Origin: Lineus longissimus
Taxonomy: Eukaryota
DNA length: 64,000 nt
Direction of reading: 5' to 3'
Assembly: GCF_910592395.1 (NCBI RefSeq)
Contig: NC_088308.1
Coordinates: 2,356,001 to 2,420,000, forward strand
Made by a program: the position numbers and the translations under genes. This document shows, one piece after another, positions 62,401 to 64,000 of this stretch. Below the pieces are notes generated by a model, which did not search any database, was not told where the DNA came from, and saw nothing but the letters and a program-made list of their open reading frames with translations. Positions within the stretch are counted from its first letter, which is position 1; every line of letters begins with the position of its first letter.

Positions 62401-64000
62401 CCGATCAAAACGCAATTTTGTAATTGATATAATATGGTCGTTTATAAGCAAAATGCCCTAGATACATAATTTGCATCTGGAAAGAAGACTCACCGTATTC
62501 AAACAGTGGAATATGCACTTGGAATACATGGAATATCGTTCCTGCTGCAGAAAAACATATGAAATAATTAGGTCAGGAAAACTGGGTCATGACCTTGAGA
62601 AATCGGTGTACCTGTTCTATCGGTTTGCCAAGTTTTGTAACGAAGCGATTCAGTCTATCAGGCGCGCGTAATAGTTGCAACTCACATTCGTTGGTAAAGA
62701 CATGTAACATTGCTCCCGAATTGTGGCCCAGTTCACCATTCGATCTTATCAAAGAAAGAGCTGTAATATAGTATATAATATGTCAAATGTTTCGCTGATA
62801 AAATAAGAATGCTAACATTCCAACTCTTACTGTATTTTTGCATTTATGATGACATGTCCACTAATGACAAAAAATGGAGTAACATGCATAAAAATATGCA
62901 GGAAAAATACTACGTAACGTAATGTTATTTTAGGGCTAAACATCATGATTTACCTCGTGGAGGTAAAGAAATAAAGCAACATATGTATTCAGAGGTGGCA
63001 TCATTCCTCCTGAGAGTGATATTAATCGTCAACCAAAGATCTTGGGTTCTAACTCCGGTTTGACATTGGTGTTGCCAGCAGTGTAAGTGGGCCATCATAT
63101 AGAAATTTCGGTGTAATTGACCAATTTTCCTTTTCTGTTTTCTGTTTCACGAATCCAGCTGCATGATGGCTTTCGATGTCTGTCCAGCAGATTTTCTCCC
63201 GTCTTCACCTCACAAACTAAACCAATTTGGTTTTGTATGACTATTTGGTGTCCTGGAATGTACTTTGTTGAGTCTGTACATTTCATCACCACCTTAAACG
63301 AGTTACTTCCTTTGCGAAATTGGAGAAGCTGTGCACATTTTCAGGTGGTAACTGTTAGTTTCGTGTCCGATATATATTAACGTACATGAAGGTATATCCT
63401 TCAACGCTGATTGAGTCTGTAAACTGAAGTCAACTAATGGACCGACAAAAAGACATTGAAACAAAAGCAACTGCCATTATTCAAGTTAATTTAATAACAA
63501 AGGAACAGTTTTAAGCGGTTTTAGGGAGATTACTATATATTCCAACGCTACATCATCAATCTTTCTCATCACAGTTGCATTTATTAAAGGTAAATGAGAG
63601 AGTCTATTAAGGGGCGTTGAAGGATATTTAAGCTTGAGTGGTAAGGTTGTTATAGGCAAAGCTATAAGAAATCATGATTTGTTCTGTCTTACCTGAAAGT
63701 ATGCCTTCTTATCCGCGAACTATTCCTGTTCCCTTGGAGAACAGAACGTTTCCAAAAATGTTTCTAACAACGCAAAAGACAGTCTGGAAACTCGGGTCAT
63801 CGTCTCGGAAACTGTCATAACAATATTCCCAAAGCTCCTGACTTCACCACAAGTAAACTGTTGATATCAACTCCGATATCAATAACCTCCAATATGAACA
63901 GCTCTAACGTTTGCAGCTGCTTTTCAAGCTCCAACCGACTTGGCGAGAACGAGCGCAGCGCCTCGGTGCATCAGACGGCTGTATCTTCAAGGTACATGTA

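Noticed and set aside
55000..63400. Short ORFs in the right-hand intergenic region (e.g. 55384-55788, 60084-60518)
   Set aside because: No domain similarity, no consistent exon chain, and composition typical of AT-rich non-coding DNA.

Overview
Eukaryotic, intron-rich invertebrate DNA. A lophotrochozoan-like origin is inferred from gene content and repeats but not proven. The left ~44 kb is a compact block of six spliced genes in three head-to-head pairs: a QRICH2/C16orf96-like gene (-, runs off the left edge) with MAD1L1 (+); carboxypeptidase E (-) with PRPSAP (+); and PALB2 (-) with RAB40 (+). The right ~20 kb looks richer in CpG and holds three class A peptide-receptor-like GPCR ORFs without introns in the CDS, plus SINE/MITE debris. 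All exon chains were assembled by hand, and the five complete genes give open frames of sensible length. Main findings: (1) PRPSAP has a tandemly duplicated, apparently selected second terminal exon that rewrites the C-terminal regulatory/assembly segment. (2) The last PALB2 intron needs a GC donor, at the position where I recall human PALB2 also having a GC-AG intron. (3) RFX X-box plus full CRE pairs recur at the CPE locus. (4) A TTAA-flanked foldback MITE occurs twice, once in the probable CPE 3' UTR. (5) Human homologues of the gene block fall in the 7p22/16p/17q25 paralogous regions. (6) The MAD1 RLK motif reads RLM.
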